Assembly: GCA_951406725.2 (NCBI GenBank)
Contig: OX597814.1
Coordinates: 210,676,001-210,740,000 of the forward strand
DNA from: Octopus vulgaris
Taxonomy: Eukaryota
Reading direction: 5' to 3'
DNA: 64,000 nt
Under the pieces are notes generated by a model. It was given only the letters and a program-made list of their open reading frames with translations, searched no databases and had not been told where the DNA came from. Below are positions 14,515 to 31,644 of the stretch, piece after piece. Position 1 is the stretch's first letter. Each line of letters opens with the position of its first letter. Made by a program: the position numbers and the translations under genes.

Positions 14515-14945
14515 GCAAAAGAAATTCAAAAAGATAACAGTAAACTTCGCTTTAATCGTAATTTCTCTTCTTGAAGCAATTTTGCCTCTCATTTTCAACA
14601 GATTTTGCGGAAACAAATTTGTCGGGGATGATGCCGAAGCATGGTAAAGATGCAGAGAAAATGCCACCCCAGTTCTCCGTTCTCCCTTCTATTGAACGAT
14701 CTGTCGGATCCATCGATCTTGTCCAATCTTCGTGTAATTGATGGAGATTGATGGATGTCCTCCCCCTTCTTCGTGCTACCCTTCTGTCCAGTCATTTAAA
14801 AAATTCTATATCGAGGCATACACACTTCTATGCGGCAGAACGCTGTACTCGTATTACATTGAAAGCCTACAATTGATTTCAGGCCTTGACACACCTTGAG
14901 ACCAGAAAAATCTGATCACTGCCTTATATTTTCCCTTGGAGCAGT
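14515..14945 (-). mobile_element. Internally deleted, decayed mariner remnant
   Basis: Minus frame 14940-14710 reads KYKAVIRFFWSQGVSRPEINCRLSM*YEYSVLPHRSVYASI*NFLNDWTEG*HEEGGGHPS. This follows the mariner N-terminal HTH pattern seen in the 35617 transposase (RAVIRF...Y...F...GRP). Confidence 0.6.
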
Positions 14946-15689
14946 CTTATTTACTCTATAACATATGAAAGAAAACTGGAGCGATCAATGTCTCACTTCA
15001 GATTCGCAATGACGGGAATACTATATTTTACCACGCGTAAAGCAGTAAGGGTAAGCTAAAAATGGTTTTGGTGAGAGTGTGGATAATGTCTTCACTTCCT
15101 CTCTTATGTACGCGTCTATGTATACATATATACATGTATGCATATATGCATGTACGTATATGGTTATTGTAAGTATGTATGCGTGTACGTTTGCGTGTAT
15201 GCTATAGGTTACTCAAATAATGTCACAAAGAAGACATTGTTACTTGATTTTATGATATTTCAGAACAAAACTAAGACAAACGCCGAAATCCAAATGTGCT
15301 TGACGTATTTATATCGCAGCTTCAGGCAAAATATTTCCCGTTGCTGCAATGCATTAAAAACAAGCCTATCTGAAATAAATACAACTTTAGCCTATAGAAG
15401 TTCTTATCGATGATTAATTTCAGAATACTATGATCTAAATAGGTGTACCATACCAGTAAATCCAATAAACAATGAAACCCATGCGCTATGATCATACTAT
15501 ATTTCAGCTACTTTTATCTGACAAAGCATCGAATCATGACTACGATTCAGATTAAACAATTTAAGTAACGCCGAGCTTCTATACCGGAAGAGTATAACTG
15601 AGAAGCTAGACTATAGGCACAAATTCGGTCGCTTACAGATTTCAGTTTGACAAAGCATCACCAGAAGCGACAGCTTATGGAATATATGT

Positions 15690-15962
15690 ATTACTAGTTT
15701 CAGCTCGAGCGATACGTCTATGATGGAGCACCACCGTTAGCTTTGCTACTCTTTTAAACTAAGTTTCCTCTGATATGAGACATTTGGTGTATGAGAGAGT
15801 TTGTTGTCACTGCCCTCTTCTGCGTTTCTTCCAGTGAAGTAGTAGTATGCGTAACTCTTTACAGGAGGAGATCTAGTTTTGTTCTGAAGGTGCCTATATC
15901 CACGCTATGTGGGTCTCTTGGGCTTCGTAGAAGGACGTTGTGAAGCAGTAGGCCCGTGAAAT
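15690..15962 (-). mobile_element. 3'-end fragment of the same CR1-group LINE family as 3735-5225
   Basis: Translates FTGLLLHNVLLRSPRDPHSVDIGTFRTKLDLLL*...NSLIHQMSHIR, matching the 3806 C-terminus; the 3' UTR is homologous (GGTGGTGCTCCATCATAGAC...GCTGAAACTAG). Confidence 0.85.
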
Positions 15963-16139
15963 ATAAGACGTTTTATTATCTGGTCTGGTATCCGACATTC
16001 TGCTGTTTGCGGCGTTAAAATGCCAAACATGGGAACAATTTCTACGATTTTCCAGATATATATTACTGATAGTTCGAAACATAATGTACTGAGTAAAATC
16101 CATATCTTACTATCAATTAATACTATATATATGTATTAT

Positions 16140-16142
<3 letters not shown>

Positions 16143-16228
<86 letters not shown>

Positions 16229-16233
16229 TTAAT

Positions 16234-16265
<32 letters not shown>

Positions 16266-16409
16266 TTATATTTAATTATATATACATATATATATATGTA
16301 TATATATATTATATCATATATATAATATATATATATATTATATATATTTATATTTAATTATAGATATAGATATATATGTGTGTGTATATATATTTGTATG
16401 TATTCATAT

Positions 16410-16441
<32 letters not shown>

Positions 16442-16460
16442 TCAATCATACATATATATA
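16143..16460. repeat. (TA)n microsatellite and AT-rich derivatives
   Basis: Direct reading. Confidence 0.95.
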
Positions 16461-18511
16461 TGTGTGTGTTCGTATGTACTTATGTATTATATATAAATTG
16501 CTATTCATCCAATAAAGTGGGAGAAAAGAAAGAAAAATTAAAAATGCACAGGGAATATATTAGGATTAATTAGAATGTAATTATATTTTAAAATATATGT
16601 ATGCACTTGATAGGTTTCACAGTGTATAATGTATGTAGTCGTTTCGCGAATTATGTCTATTTGGGTTTTGCAAAGGATTTTCGCGAGAATAAATTAGAGT
16701 AACATGTACCTAATTATTAGCTAAAGTTATTTAGTTACTGTATAATGAATAGCTTAATCTCACTGAAATTCAATATAACTTCATACAATATCAATCGCTT
16801 TATATATAATATGTAACATAAGTACATATATACAGGCATAAACCAGCTTTGCTTCTTACTTGGACATGAATCAATATACATTAATATGTGGGTTCCTTAG
16901 TAGTAGCAAATGCTTTTTTATTTGAATATCTTCTATCCCTGAATAACAAATGAGTTTAGTGCGGCAATACTTCAGATATGATACCTCAAATTACCGAATT
17001 TATTATCAAGCAGAAAATAGGTCTTTCCAGGTTCTCTATTACGGATTGATTGTCAGATTATGAATCTCGCCTAACGACGAAAAAGTTGTGAATGTTGTCT
17101 TGTTTTCTCTGCATATTTAATGAAAATATTATTGAAAAGTTTTATGCTTTATGATGGAAACAAGTTATGCTTTATGAATATGCAGATCTTTATTGTTCTT
17201 GTGTTTTTAGTTCATCAGTGCAGTTTCTAAGCCAATGTTGGAGTATGTCAGGAGCAGAGCAAAATGGTACTATGGAACGTCGAATTTATCGAGAAATAAT
17301 TTGATAATTCCGCTAAAAATAATATGCCAATAAGGACGAATTAATGGCTTTTGCAACAAAATTTAGTTGAAGCGTACTATAAAAAGGTAAAATACACCTT
17401 CAATTTAGACCACACTAGTTATTTATAACTAGATTTATTTGCACCAATACATTGTTCCACCACCACCTATTTGACTGGAACTTTGTTTAACACATGTATT
17501 TCTTTTACTCTTTTCACCACTCACGCTTCCATTCAGAATCATCCTGCAGTTACCAAATAATTTATTCTCTATAAATTACATTAGTTTGAACTATAATTCT
17601 ACCTGTAGGAAAGTATATTCCACCACCAATAATACTGTTGACTGGACATGGCACCTGTTTTGGCAACAGAAGAGTCTGGCACCGTAGGCAAACATACGCG
17701 CTCTCAAACACACACATTCACGCAGGTATGTACACAGAAATGTACACATACAAATAGAAGATGTGAAAGAGAGAGACAGAGGGGAGAGATAGACACAAAA
17801 ATTTAATAATTAAACACGATTGATATAAAACTTTCCATCTCCACATAAACAGAAATATGCTCACACGCATAATCAAAGAGTAGGATAAGAGGCAGGTGGG
17901 AGAGAGGTGTGAGGAAAAGAGGCGAGTTGGAGAGAGTCATGTGGTAGGCTATCTTAGGGAGAGAGGGGAAGAGAGATGAGGGGGTGCAAGGGAATCAGAG
18001 AAACGTTAAGACGTCCAATGCCAGGGTCGAATCAGAGTCGTCAATGAAGCAGCGCTAAAATAGCAGTAAATAATTTTACTAGGACCCATGTATTTCATAT
18101 GATTTACGTTTTGCAATATTCAATGCTATAATGACAGATTCCCTATATATAAGCAACTTTTAAACAAGTTCAATGTAGTTAATTTATATCGAATGACATT
18201 TTCAAATTTTGCTCCCGCTCAAATTTTGAATGATAACGCATTAGTAAATAGCAATTGCTTCATATTTTCTATTTGCGAAATATCATTGATATCGTAAAAA
18301 TATGTAGCACAGTATAAAAATTAGTTCCAAAAATGTTAATGCTGGTACCAGGATACAAATATGTATGTAGATACCGATAATCATGTAAATTCCATTTGAT
18401 ATTAAAATTCATCAGCCGGAGACAGATACTTCGTCACCTACAATTATAATATCAATCGCTTTCAATAGTAAATGGTATCATTCAGCTATTGCTTTTCACA
18501 AACATATACAT

Positions 18512-18555
<44 letters not shown>

Positions 18556-19604
18556 CATGTCTCGATATGCAAGTATATGCATGAGAAGTCATACGTAAAA
18601 CCAAAATTACAAATGTGCACGTATACATGCATACCTACATACATACATACATACACACACGCACGCATGCATACCTATATACACACATACATACAAACTG
18701 ACATGCATACGTATAAAAATACCCTATTCATGTTGCCGAACTTCCAACGAAGTCCCTTGGATGTAGATTAGAAAGCGACTCTTTCTCTATTGGGTAGAAA
18801 TCTTGAAATAAAACTTCACCATGACATAGAGAAACATACACATTTACGTGACACTATATTCACACCAATTGTCTTCGGCCGACGATCGCAATTACGTGAA
18901 AATCAAGTCTTGTGACATACGTGTAATTTTATTTTCTACAGAAATAACACACATACACACATACATATGCATACATACATACACATACATGCATATATAT
19001 ATAGGTATGTAAGTATATATGTATATATATAATTATATATATATATATATATTTTTCACCTTAGTCACATTTACTGACAAATATAACACTTTGAGAATTT
19101 TGTCTGGTTTTATCCAGCAGTTAATTACAGGTTTCGTCGACAACTAATGCACACTTCCAAATTTGCGTATTTACATGCACTTATTGTGTGTTGCAGCTTC
19201 TTCATGGTGGGGGTTATATGAATTGTTCAAATTGATTCTCTCTCCTCTGGCCCACTATTACTGAGCTCGAGATAGCCTAAGAATTTTTTTTAAAATTTTG
19301 TATTCACTTAATTTTTAATTATAATTACTTATAAGAACAATCATTGCGACTTTAATTTAGTATTTCCCAACAATTGATATAGATATTTCCATAGAAAGAC
19401 TTTAATGGGACATATTGTATTCGATTGCCTACATTTAGTTCAATTAAGGGCAAAGGCCTCACCGCGTTCTCTTCATGAACCACAATCCAATGTGGAGGAC
19501 GTGAATTTGAGTCTCTAACCCAAGAGTAGTTAAGTCTAAATCTGAACAAAAATTGAAACGACAGACGAAATACAGCTAAACATTTCGCCCGGTACGATGT
19601 TTGT

Positions 19605-19880
19605 TCCTTCGCGAGCCATGCCTTGCTCATAAGGGCCGGTTTCCCGGTTTCCTTGGCGTATTGGTTCCCCACCTGGGCGGGTCGCCGGTCCGTCGCAGGT
19701 GAGCTGCAAGATTCGAGAGGACAGAAATAGAAAAAAATTGTGGTGAAAGAGTCAGCAGAAGTTCGCCATTACCTTCTGCCGGAGCTGCGTGGAGCATAGG
19801 TGTTTCGCTCATAAACACACACTTCACACGGCCTGAGATTCAAAGTCCGCTGCTCTAAACACTAGGCCATGTGCATCCAC
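19605..19880 (-). mobile_element. tRNA-derived SINE, group C head with Meta-domain-like 3' part
   Basis: Head TGGCCTAGTGTTTAGAGCAGCGGAC and core GAGCGAAACACCTATGCTCCACGCAGCTCCGGCAG are shared with 34527 and 57538; the 3' part is CCTGCGACGGACCGGCGACCGCCCAGGTGGGG...GAAACCGGGAAACCGGCCC. Confidence 0.85.
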
Positions 19881-20789
19881 ACCCGGTGCGATAACGATTC
19901 TACCAACCATGTGTGTGGTGGTGATGTGTGTGTATCTGTGTGTATATAAATGATGTGTTCGCTGCGTGTGTCTGCTGCGTGTGTCTGCTGTGTGAGTGTT
20001 TGTGCGTGAGTGAGTGAGTGTTAAGCCAGGTTGTATAACATTTTTTAATAGAACCTAACACATATAATAGAACAAATGCAGCTATTACTTAATGACAGGT
20101 TTCCATCCACAAATTATCGGGAACATTTCTATATTCAAAATTCGCTGGCAGAAAATTACCAGCGGCAAATATTACGCGATGTTTTTAAATTTTAAATATC
20201 TTAATTCTGTAAAATTACAAACCGTTTACGCACAAATATGACAATACATTCCTGATAAAATGTTTGCGTTTTTTTTTTCTTTGAATTGATTATTTCTGTG
20301 CATCAAGTGCCATGATAAGAATGTAATAGACGACTGTATTATAGTACGTACTATGAATCGATAACATGTACTGTGACGTCTATTCCAAGGAAAGAATGAA
20401 TGTTAAGGAAATGATTTTTCCATCGGCTGTCATTTGACATCTAGCAAACGAAAATACTGACTCCTATGTAAAACTTATAAAAACATTGATATCTAAGTTT
20501 GAAAAATGAGGAGAAAATAAAATAAAATTCTATAGCATGAGATTTTAAAGTCTCGTCACGTAAACATTATAAAGAATACTGGTGAGATATAAAACAAGAC
20601 ATTCTGATGTAAAATACAGGAAATGAAATGATGCGTTCTTCAGACAAACATTCGTACAGAAAAAACCTAACGAATATAATGCTTAATATTTCATAAACAG
20701 CCTTTTGACAGCAAAACGCGATGTGGATATGATAGAAATTGTTTAATTAAATGATTGCCAAACTGAACTCAGTGCATATATCATAATCA

Positions 20790-21161
<372 letters not shown>

Positions 21162-21373
21162 AGAAGGTGGAAAAAGAGGCAGTGGGAGTGTACACGTGTT
21201 TAAAATACTTCTAAATTTCTCCGCCACACAAATATATTTAATTATACGTATATAAAAAATAATTCAACTTCTAAATTTAAAGAGAAAAACTGTACGGAAT
21301 GCGTTTCAAACGGGTTGTGCTTCAATAAAGTGTTTAAAATAAGTGAAATTACTGATATAATTTTAATCCTTAC

Positions 21374-21450
21374 CTAGTATAAAGATGCCCAGTATTGGAT
21401 TAATCTCTTTGAAAGTCAGGGCCTGAAGTCAGAGAGGAATTCCGTAATTC
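21374..21450 (-). other. Candidate 77-nt non-coding exon
   Basis: Acceptor ttcttcatctttttttcctttacag|G and donor TAG|gtaagg are both near consensus; stop codons in all three frames. Confidence 0.5.
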
Positions 21451-21693
21451 CTGTAAAGGAAAAAAAGATGAAGAAACAAAATTAAGTTTTTTGTTAAGAA
21501 ATACAGGCTGAACAATCAGATATCATACAGTAGCTGCTATAGTATAATATAATCTATGCCTTCCAGTGTGTATATATTTATACACACGGAGCGTAAAACC
21601 ACCTTTGTTTCTTTCCCTGAGACTCTGCTAATAATTTGCATGTGCCACGTCCAGGCTATATTGTTTTTTTCCTTGTGTGTGTTCATAGTTTTT

Positions 21694-21793
<100 letters not shown>

Positions 21794-21794
21794 C

Positions 21795-21843
<49 letters not shown>

Positions 21844-22298
21844 CATAACTTGCTAACCAACCAGATGTTTCTGAGTTCAGCCCCGCAATGTTGTTCTTTG
21901 CAAGCCTAGCTGTAATACTATCGAGATCTTTGCCGAACCGCTTGCAGTATATCCTGTATATCCTGTGAATACATTTTAATAATAGTGATGTAGAACCAAT
22001 CAACAAATGTAAAGTGCTCACTATTCAATAATGTTTTACTATAACCACATAACATTCTATTATAAGCAACAAGTATTCCCCTTATAAACCAAACTCCCGT
22101 GAGGTAGCCACACAATTTTGCTATAGTGTTATTTATACGTGTAGGAATATACGGTACCTTGACACACAAATGTTGTCCTGTCTTCGTGAAATACTAAGGT
22201 TAACTTTTATACGGGGCTGTAGAAAATTACCAAATTGTTGGTCAAAAATAGGGGATGACTTTTACATGAGATCGACTGTTACTCGAGCATATACGGTA

Positions 22299-22355
<57 letters not shown>

Positions 22356-22359
22356 GTGT

Positions 22360-22404
<45 letters not shown>

Positions 22405-22414
22405 TGTCTCTGCT

Positions 22415-22560
22415 CTAAGAGGCTTGCTATACAACCATATCGTTCTAGGTTTCGCCCCACTGTGTGGCATCTTAAGCATGTACTACTACTGTAGCTTCGG
22501 ACCGACCAAAGTCTTATGATTGGATATGATAGAGGGAAACTGAAAGAACCCCGTCGAATA
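22415..22560 (+). mobile_element. Group A SINE, 5' part, diverged
   Basis: CCCACTGTGTGGCATCTTAAGC...CCGACCAAAGTCTTATGATTGGAT...GGAAACTGAAAGAACCCCGTCG. Confidence 0.8.
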
Positions 22561-22764
22561 CTCACAGATGCACACACAGACAGAGACAGAGACACAAACA
22601 CACACACACATACACACAAACATATATATATATAGACGGTCTAATAGTTATTATGATTGAAAACAGAACAAGATAGTTAAGACACATTATTAATTCAGAT
22701 GTTAATAGTATATTGACTTGTAATCAAAGTTTGGAGATTCGTATAAGGGGGGAAAAGCGGTAGA

Positions 22765-22814
<50 letters not shown>

Positions 22815-25800
22815 GCAAGTGCATAGTAGAAAAGTACACTCGAAATAGGAAGAAAACGAGTGAATTTACATATGAACGCAAGAGCAAATACATTTCTGTG
22901 GCAAACGGCTTACATTGTAAAAGATAGAGAAAATACGGAGATTTAGCGAAATAAATTGTGTAAGAATTGTAAATTAGCGAAGAAACTGCTGATAAAGACG
23001 CATATACATACATTCATGCATACGTACTAAAACAAGTTCATACCTACACACACACACACACACACACATACACACACTGACACACATTTATTCAACCGAA
23101 ATCAAAAATTCACGTTTCTCATGAGAAATGAGGAAGAGTCGTGAATTATTAATCTCCCTTCGTTTCAGAAAATTACCGCCATTACAATTAAATATGGTAT
23201 GGGATCTCTACTGCTAATTATCAACTGTTTTCGTTTGATCAATTCATCCTATGATCAACGCATCCTAGTTTTCTCCATTTCATCATAATTTCACACTATG
23301 CAATTGTTGTAAAATATGTATGCAGGATTGCCGTATTTAAGCCTTACATTTATAACATGGTCAAGTGTTTCTTGATGTGAATTGTGCTTCTATTTGTGGA
23401 ATGGATTACCGCCTACTTTCTTCTTTCCCTATCGGTATTATTATTCTTTCAGGAAATATGAATGTCGATCAGACATTGTTTAGCATCGTTTACTGTGTCA
23501 TATATCAAAAGTATGTTTCAGACTGTATGTTTATCATACGAAGTAACAGTGCAACGGTATTGATATGCATTGTCATTTAGATGTGTATCAGTGATCCATG
23601 AATATCTCTATAGGTTTTCTTGTGGTTTCATATCTAACTAGAAGGAAATAGAGAACCTAACGCTTACAAGATACTTATTATTCTTCTCGAAGAGCTCATA
23701 GAATAGCATGAAGTTTCTGAGTTTATGCAGCAAAATTGGAAACCTCTCTTGTTCATCGACTAATTTGCTTTGGAAATATAGTCATATGTCGTCTAAGTGC
23801 CTATTATTCCTTTATTCTACTTTCTCAATTGGTGACTTACTTGTCATTCTTCTTTATTCTCATCAATAATTGCTATATAGTGTATCTTAACAGCGAGATC
23901 CTCCGGCTGTTTCAGATTGCTCAGGTTTTAACATTCAATATACATTTAATCGTTAATTCCCCCATAAATGCACACATCAGAGAAATACAATAGGTCCCAA
24001 TAAATATGTAGAGGTAGTAAGGAAATAATCCAGTAAAGCTATGTGCTCTATCTGTATCTTTCAAAATTTAAACGACATATATATATATAAGAGGTGAGAA
24101 ATTAAGGAGAATTCAGTAACTTGTAGTGAGATATAAGCCAAAAGATCGTAGCAAATGACAATGTATCGATGAGAATGCACTGTGGCAGATATTCGGTCTT
24201 CATTGATCCTGATATGTAGCTCACGTGGCCATTCTTGTCTTTCATCCTTATAGATTAGATAATATACAAAACACAAATTCTAACTTCGCTTTTTTTGCTT
24301 GTTTACTTGTCTATATGTTTGTTTCTTTCTGATCCTTGGAATGAACATCTTTCACATTATCTGTTTCTCGTGAAATGTAGATGGAGTGCTGGAGGTTTTG
24401 GTAAACATTTATGAAGAAAAAAATTAATTAGTCACCAGTTACATCCAAGGACACACACACACATACATGTGTGTGTGTGTGCGGTATACGTCCAATGACA
24501 TATATATTCGTCGTGTAGTTCTGAACAAATATTTAGAAGGAAAAAGAAATTAATGGAGGCAAAAATGAGATAAATGCATTTCCGGAATAACTGCATCTCG
24601 CTGAAGATTTATATTCAATTAGATTATATTAGATCAGGGGAGTAGGGTTCATCTCAACAACAGAATACGATAAACAGAGACTGGATATGCTACTTATGAG
24701 AAGTTTGCCATGCCTAAGATGCAAATCAAATCATAAAGTGAGTAAAAAGTATTACCAAATTTCTGATAATACAGTTCAATAAAATGTTAATGGACCCTGG
24801 AATGGATGGCAAATGTTACCCAGTCGAGATTGCAAATTAGAAGGGAAAGTGTCAGAACAAGTAGTAGAATGCAGTCTGTGTCTTCCTACAATGATTCTGC
24901 CGATTCAACTCGTTAAGACATGATATTTTTTCAAGAAACAAAACTATATATCTAGAAGAAAATTCGTATGTGTGTTATGCAAGATTCCTTCCAGATGTGG
25001 AAACTCTAAAGTCAATCATACGCTTGCTGAAAATGAAGTCATATGCACTTCGTCCTAAATCATTTTCTGCCAATGAAAAAAAATAAAAATATAAAACCCA
25101 ACTTCCTGAGGTATTGTGTCACTAGTTGCGCAGCATATTCTTAATCACATCAAAAATTGTGATGTTTATCATTTCCAAAGAGTGAGCTATGTAGACTATT
25201 AATGAAGAGATGAAATTATTGGGGTGGTTTACACTATTTTCTAATCAAACGTAATATGTGAAATATAGAAATAAGCGATTACAAACGCGATACCCGTACA
25301 TAGATGATTATATGTGTAACTATGTTGAATAATTATGAATAATTTGGCCTCGTGTATGAGCCTAACAATAGGTATGGGTGGGCAAATTTATGCGGTTTTA
25401 TATATTATATGTAATAAAGTTTAATGGTCCATCGGTGTGCAACTAGCTGTTTGAAACAACTTCATAAATGACAGCAGATTTGCTTCTGTGTTTATTAATA
25501 TTAATGAAATAATATCGATATAGAGTCATACATACAATCACGCTTAAATATATACCTCCACACTTACATACGTAAGAGAATTCGTGTGTACGTATATGTA
25601 CATTCACATATACACGCAAGTATTTCTCATTTGAAGGCGAATATGTGTACGTCCTCTGTGTGTGACAATACATTTGTGCGTATGGATGTGTTAAAAAATA
25701 GAGCTGTTTTGCTAGACAAAATAGAATGGCAAATGAAAACATAATCTTGTCAATATATTGGACGGCTGCCACCGTCACGTTCAACAGAATATTCAAACCA

Positions 25801-26129
25801 TTTAAGACGACGTTTTTCATGGAGAACAAGGCAGTCATTATACAATTGCTTGAAAAACGTGATGGTTTGATGTGAGTTTAGTTCCAGGGCCGAACGCCAA
25901 GTACTTCATAAAGAACCAAAATGTCAATAAGTTGAGCGGTCGGAGAATTTGATATCTTTAAAAACACATAGGGTCAATAGTCCAAATCTCATTTGAATGA
26001 TAACGTAAGAGAATTACAGAAAGAAAATAGTAAACAATGTTAAAGCTAAATATATTCTCTTGTGATTAAATTCTCATCTCTATGCGTGTGTGAAAGTGTG
26101 TGAAGGTATGTGAGTATCTGTGTTTGAGA

Positions 26130-26182
<53 letters not shown>

Positions 26183-26648
26183 TATGTATATATGTATGTA
26201 TGTATATATGTATGTACGTGCGTATGTATGTACGTATGTATGTATGTATCTATGTACGTACGTATGTATTTACGTATGTATGTATGTATGTATATATCTA
26301 CGTATGTATGTATGTAGGTATGTATATATGTATGTATGCATGCTTATGAAATTAAATAAATGACAAGGGAACAAAATATCATGCGATGGCCTTCATTTAC
26401 TTACTGCTGTTTCTGCTACCGACTGTAGTGCACTCGACGCTTTGTGCTTGTGAATAACACTATAGCTTCCATACGCCTTCTAAATTTTCCTAATTCACTT
26501 TCATATTGCGGTGTGTATTCGACTAGCACTTTATTCTGAAGTACTATTAAATTCAAATAGTAGGCTTTTACCTAGTGACATACTACAGTGTATGTTTTGT
26601 GTATATATTTATGTATGTATGTTTGTATATATATATATATATATATGT

Positions 26649-26715
<67 letters not shown>

Positions 26716-29002
26716 TGTGTGAATGTGTGCATGATTATTTAGTTTTGTGATTTTTTTGACAAAAGACAGGAGAATATATCTAAAATATATAATGCTTTTC
26801 CTTATATATATAAATATGTACATTTGTAGTTATTTATTTCACCAAGTATGTTTAAGAATGTTGCTTTCTCTCTCTCTCACTCTCATCCTCACTCTCTCTC
26901 ACTCTCCGCTTGTGTATATGTGCGCCTGTATTTCTATATACTTCAGTAGAATTAATGATACATTTTTGATAAAGCCTTGATCGACATTATCGTTCAATTG
27001 CTGTATATTGCTTCATAATAATTTTTTTAAATAAAAATTATTAGTCGTGCCACATGGGTAATGAATCGGCTGCACCTGCCAGGAAGATAAATGACATTGT
27101 AACGTTCGGAAATCAACCCATTCCGTTTTCCCTTTAGAATCTTAAGTATCATAGATAGTATAAAACAAATAATTCAAATCAACACCCCCTTGTTCAAAAG
27201 CTAATGAATATTAAACGGCTCCTTGTTTTTCATTTCATATAATTGTGGGAAATCTGAAATATATTTTGGTAGATATTATTCTATATTTTGTTGCATTTAG
27301 AAGAGGATACATTTAGCGTTATAAGGTTTGAAATGTAAAGTAAAAAATTCCATGTTAACACCTTTCTCTGCAAAAGCAAAATAGCAATATAATTGCCATG
27401 TAGCAATACCAAAACAGTATAGTTACGTTGCGTTGATGCACGTGGCGACATTGACTAGAAACAAAACTGGCAATGTCTATCAGTAAATACTTTCTACGTT
27501 AGGTAAATTTACACCCAAAATTCTTAACAAATTCATTTACATCTAACTCAGAAATCAGCTAAAGTTTCAGTAGCACTGATTCTGCTTTCAGTTTTTCAGA
27601 TTAATATTTAGCAGTATTACAATTTACAATCCCAGCATATATGTGAAGTATGCTAATGTACTAAGCATCTAGTTTCGCTTCACTGATTCAGTGAAGCCAA
27701 ACCGAGTTTGAGGGTAAATGCCGCATTTAACCTTTCTGTCATACAGGAATATCTATGTGGTGGTTCGACCTACTAGAAATAAGAGAGAATGATTCTTTAA
27801 TACATATCTTACCTCATAATCAACATGATGAGCCGCACAGTTGAAAATTTCTACGGAAAATTTTGATTAAAGTTGGAAACGGAATAAATTTGTTTGAATG
27901 AAATACTTATAACGGGATAGGCAACAAGGAGGAGGCATTATGTCAGAGTCACAGAAAGAGAAACAAAACAAATAGGAACCCAATGATGAGATAGATACAT
28001 ATCTGATTGTTTGTGAAATGAGAGGCAATTACCATTTAATTAAAGCAATATAGATATCTGAATAAATAGTTGCATCTTAAAACCCAAGCTATCAATACGT
28101 AACACGCACAATCTAAGTACTAAAAAGAAAATCAGTAACTAACCACAACACAGTATCACCTACAGGATAACACACAAGCTTTCATTATCTTCTAAGCAAG
28201 CAGATGTAATGTTTATATTAGGCCTTTGGTGATTGCAACAACAAAAACTTTTACGTTAACATATTCATGTCAACATCAACAAATATCTAGAATAGTGTAT
28301 CAAGAACAAACGTTAATCACAATTCTCATCCTTATAAGAAAAAATATATAACCAGAAGAGTGTATATGCGACAAAGTCAAATCGCAATGTTGAAAAAGAT
28401 ACATATCAACGTCCGCAAAACAAAACGTTGCTCATGTCAGTATGTGAAGTTAGACTCCACAATGAACCAACAACCATAGTTCGAGAGAAAAATAAAATGT
28501 ATTTACACAATTAGTATCGTAACGCGAAAAGACAACGAGAAAATTTATATTGATAGGAAATACATTTGTAATGAAAGATGAACAAATATTGATAAACTAG
28601 AAAAAAAAAAGCTGAAGTAACCAGATTCTTAGTTAAAATATATAACAATAAATAATGAGGAAACTACTTTAAAAAATGCCAATCTTTTGTGTCGTTCAGA
28701 GTGAAAAACAGCCTTAGTCAACACTACATTAATTACCTACAAATAATGAAATGCGATTGTTTTAGAGAATTCAATAACATTTTCGGAAGCGTTACAAGTG
28801 GTATATGTTCTCATTGTCAATGTAATTCTAGAGTGCATATCAACTCAGATGATACATGAGCTGCAATATGTGTCACGACAACCATTTATTATTTATTTAA
28901 TAACTATACACAATGAATATAACGTTCAACTAAAATACAAAGGCACGCATATCTATATATGATTACCACGAAGTGTAATCAAATATATTGTCATATTCAC
29001 AG

Positions 29003-29410
<408 letters not shown>

Positions 29411-29755
29411 ATATTGGATCTCACAGCCCCGATAAAATTACAGCATCGGATACAATACATCTGCTTCTACTACATGAGTTCAAATCTCGGTTTGCCGTTA
29501 AGAAATGCGCAACTGATGAAATAAGATACAAATTTTGCCCAACCATGCAGACAAGCACCGTGTTAGTATTGTATATTGGAGCAAAAACCTCAAATCCACC
29601 GAGAGGTTCTGTTCAGAGTTGATATTTACACACTTGGTGTATACATTTATTACATACAAATTATCAATCAGTATTGCGCAAATTTATTTTCAACACACAG
29701 GCACATATACCCGCATATATGCATGTACACCAATGCATATAAATTAGGATATATT

Positions 29756-29797
<42 letters not shown>

Positions 29798-30034
29798 TAT
29801 GTATGTATGAGTGTGTGTGTGTTTGTGTATTCGTGTGTTATAGGAACACACATACACATACATGTATATATGCATATATGTCTTTGTGTGTAGAGTATCA
29901 ATGTATTTCTGTGATATACTACTTGTGCAGGTGCAATGTTAGGTGGTGGTTATATAAATTTATGTACAAATGTCAAACAAAATATATATGTGTAAATACA
30001 CATACATGCGCGGGCGTGCCTATATATTATTATA

Positions 30035-31056
<1,022 letters not shown>

Positions 31057-31537
31057 ATTCTCGATTTATTATCTGTTTTCTGCTGTGTGTAAACTAATAA
31101 TATATATTGTTATATATGTTTGTCCGCGCATGCGCAAGCGAGTATGTTGCTGTAGATAGATAGATAGATAGATAGATGGATAGTATAGATAGATAGATAG
31201 ATTTAAGTTATCCCTACTCTACATATTCATGCAATAACATATATCCAAGTATGACTCCTTATCTATTCAGAAATATTTTCGACTCAAAATATATATCTAC
31301 ATATACACAATCTCTTACATAGGTATATTTTCACTAACATGTATACATCTTCACTTCGCAGTCAAATGTCCACGTAAATGTACACTCAGGCCAGTACGTT
31401 CAGACACACACAACACACTTACACAGACACACGCACTCTCACACACATAGACACAAGCACAAATTAAATATCACTAAATAGATATAAGGAATATAGAAAT
31501 GTATCTCTCTGTCTCTGTATGTATCTATACGTACATG

Positions 31538-31644
<107 letters not shown>

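Noticed and set aside
14570-14740. Plus-strand splice acceptor (ttttcaacag) and short ORFs
   Set aside because: It lies on the antisense strand of a mariner remnant, with no convincing donor or protein similarity.
29430-29620. Possible mariner N-terminal remnant ([10 protein letters not shown])
   Set aside because: One short motif only, with no TIR or further motifs.
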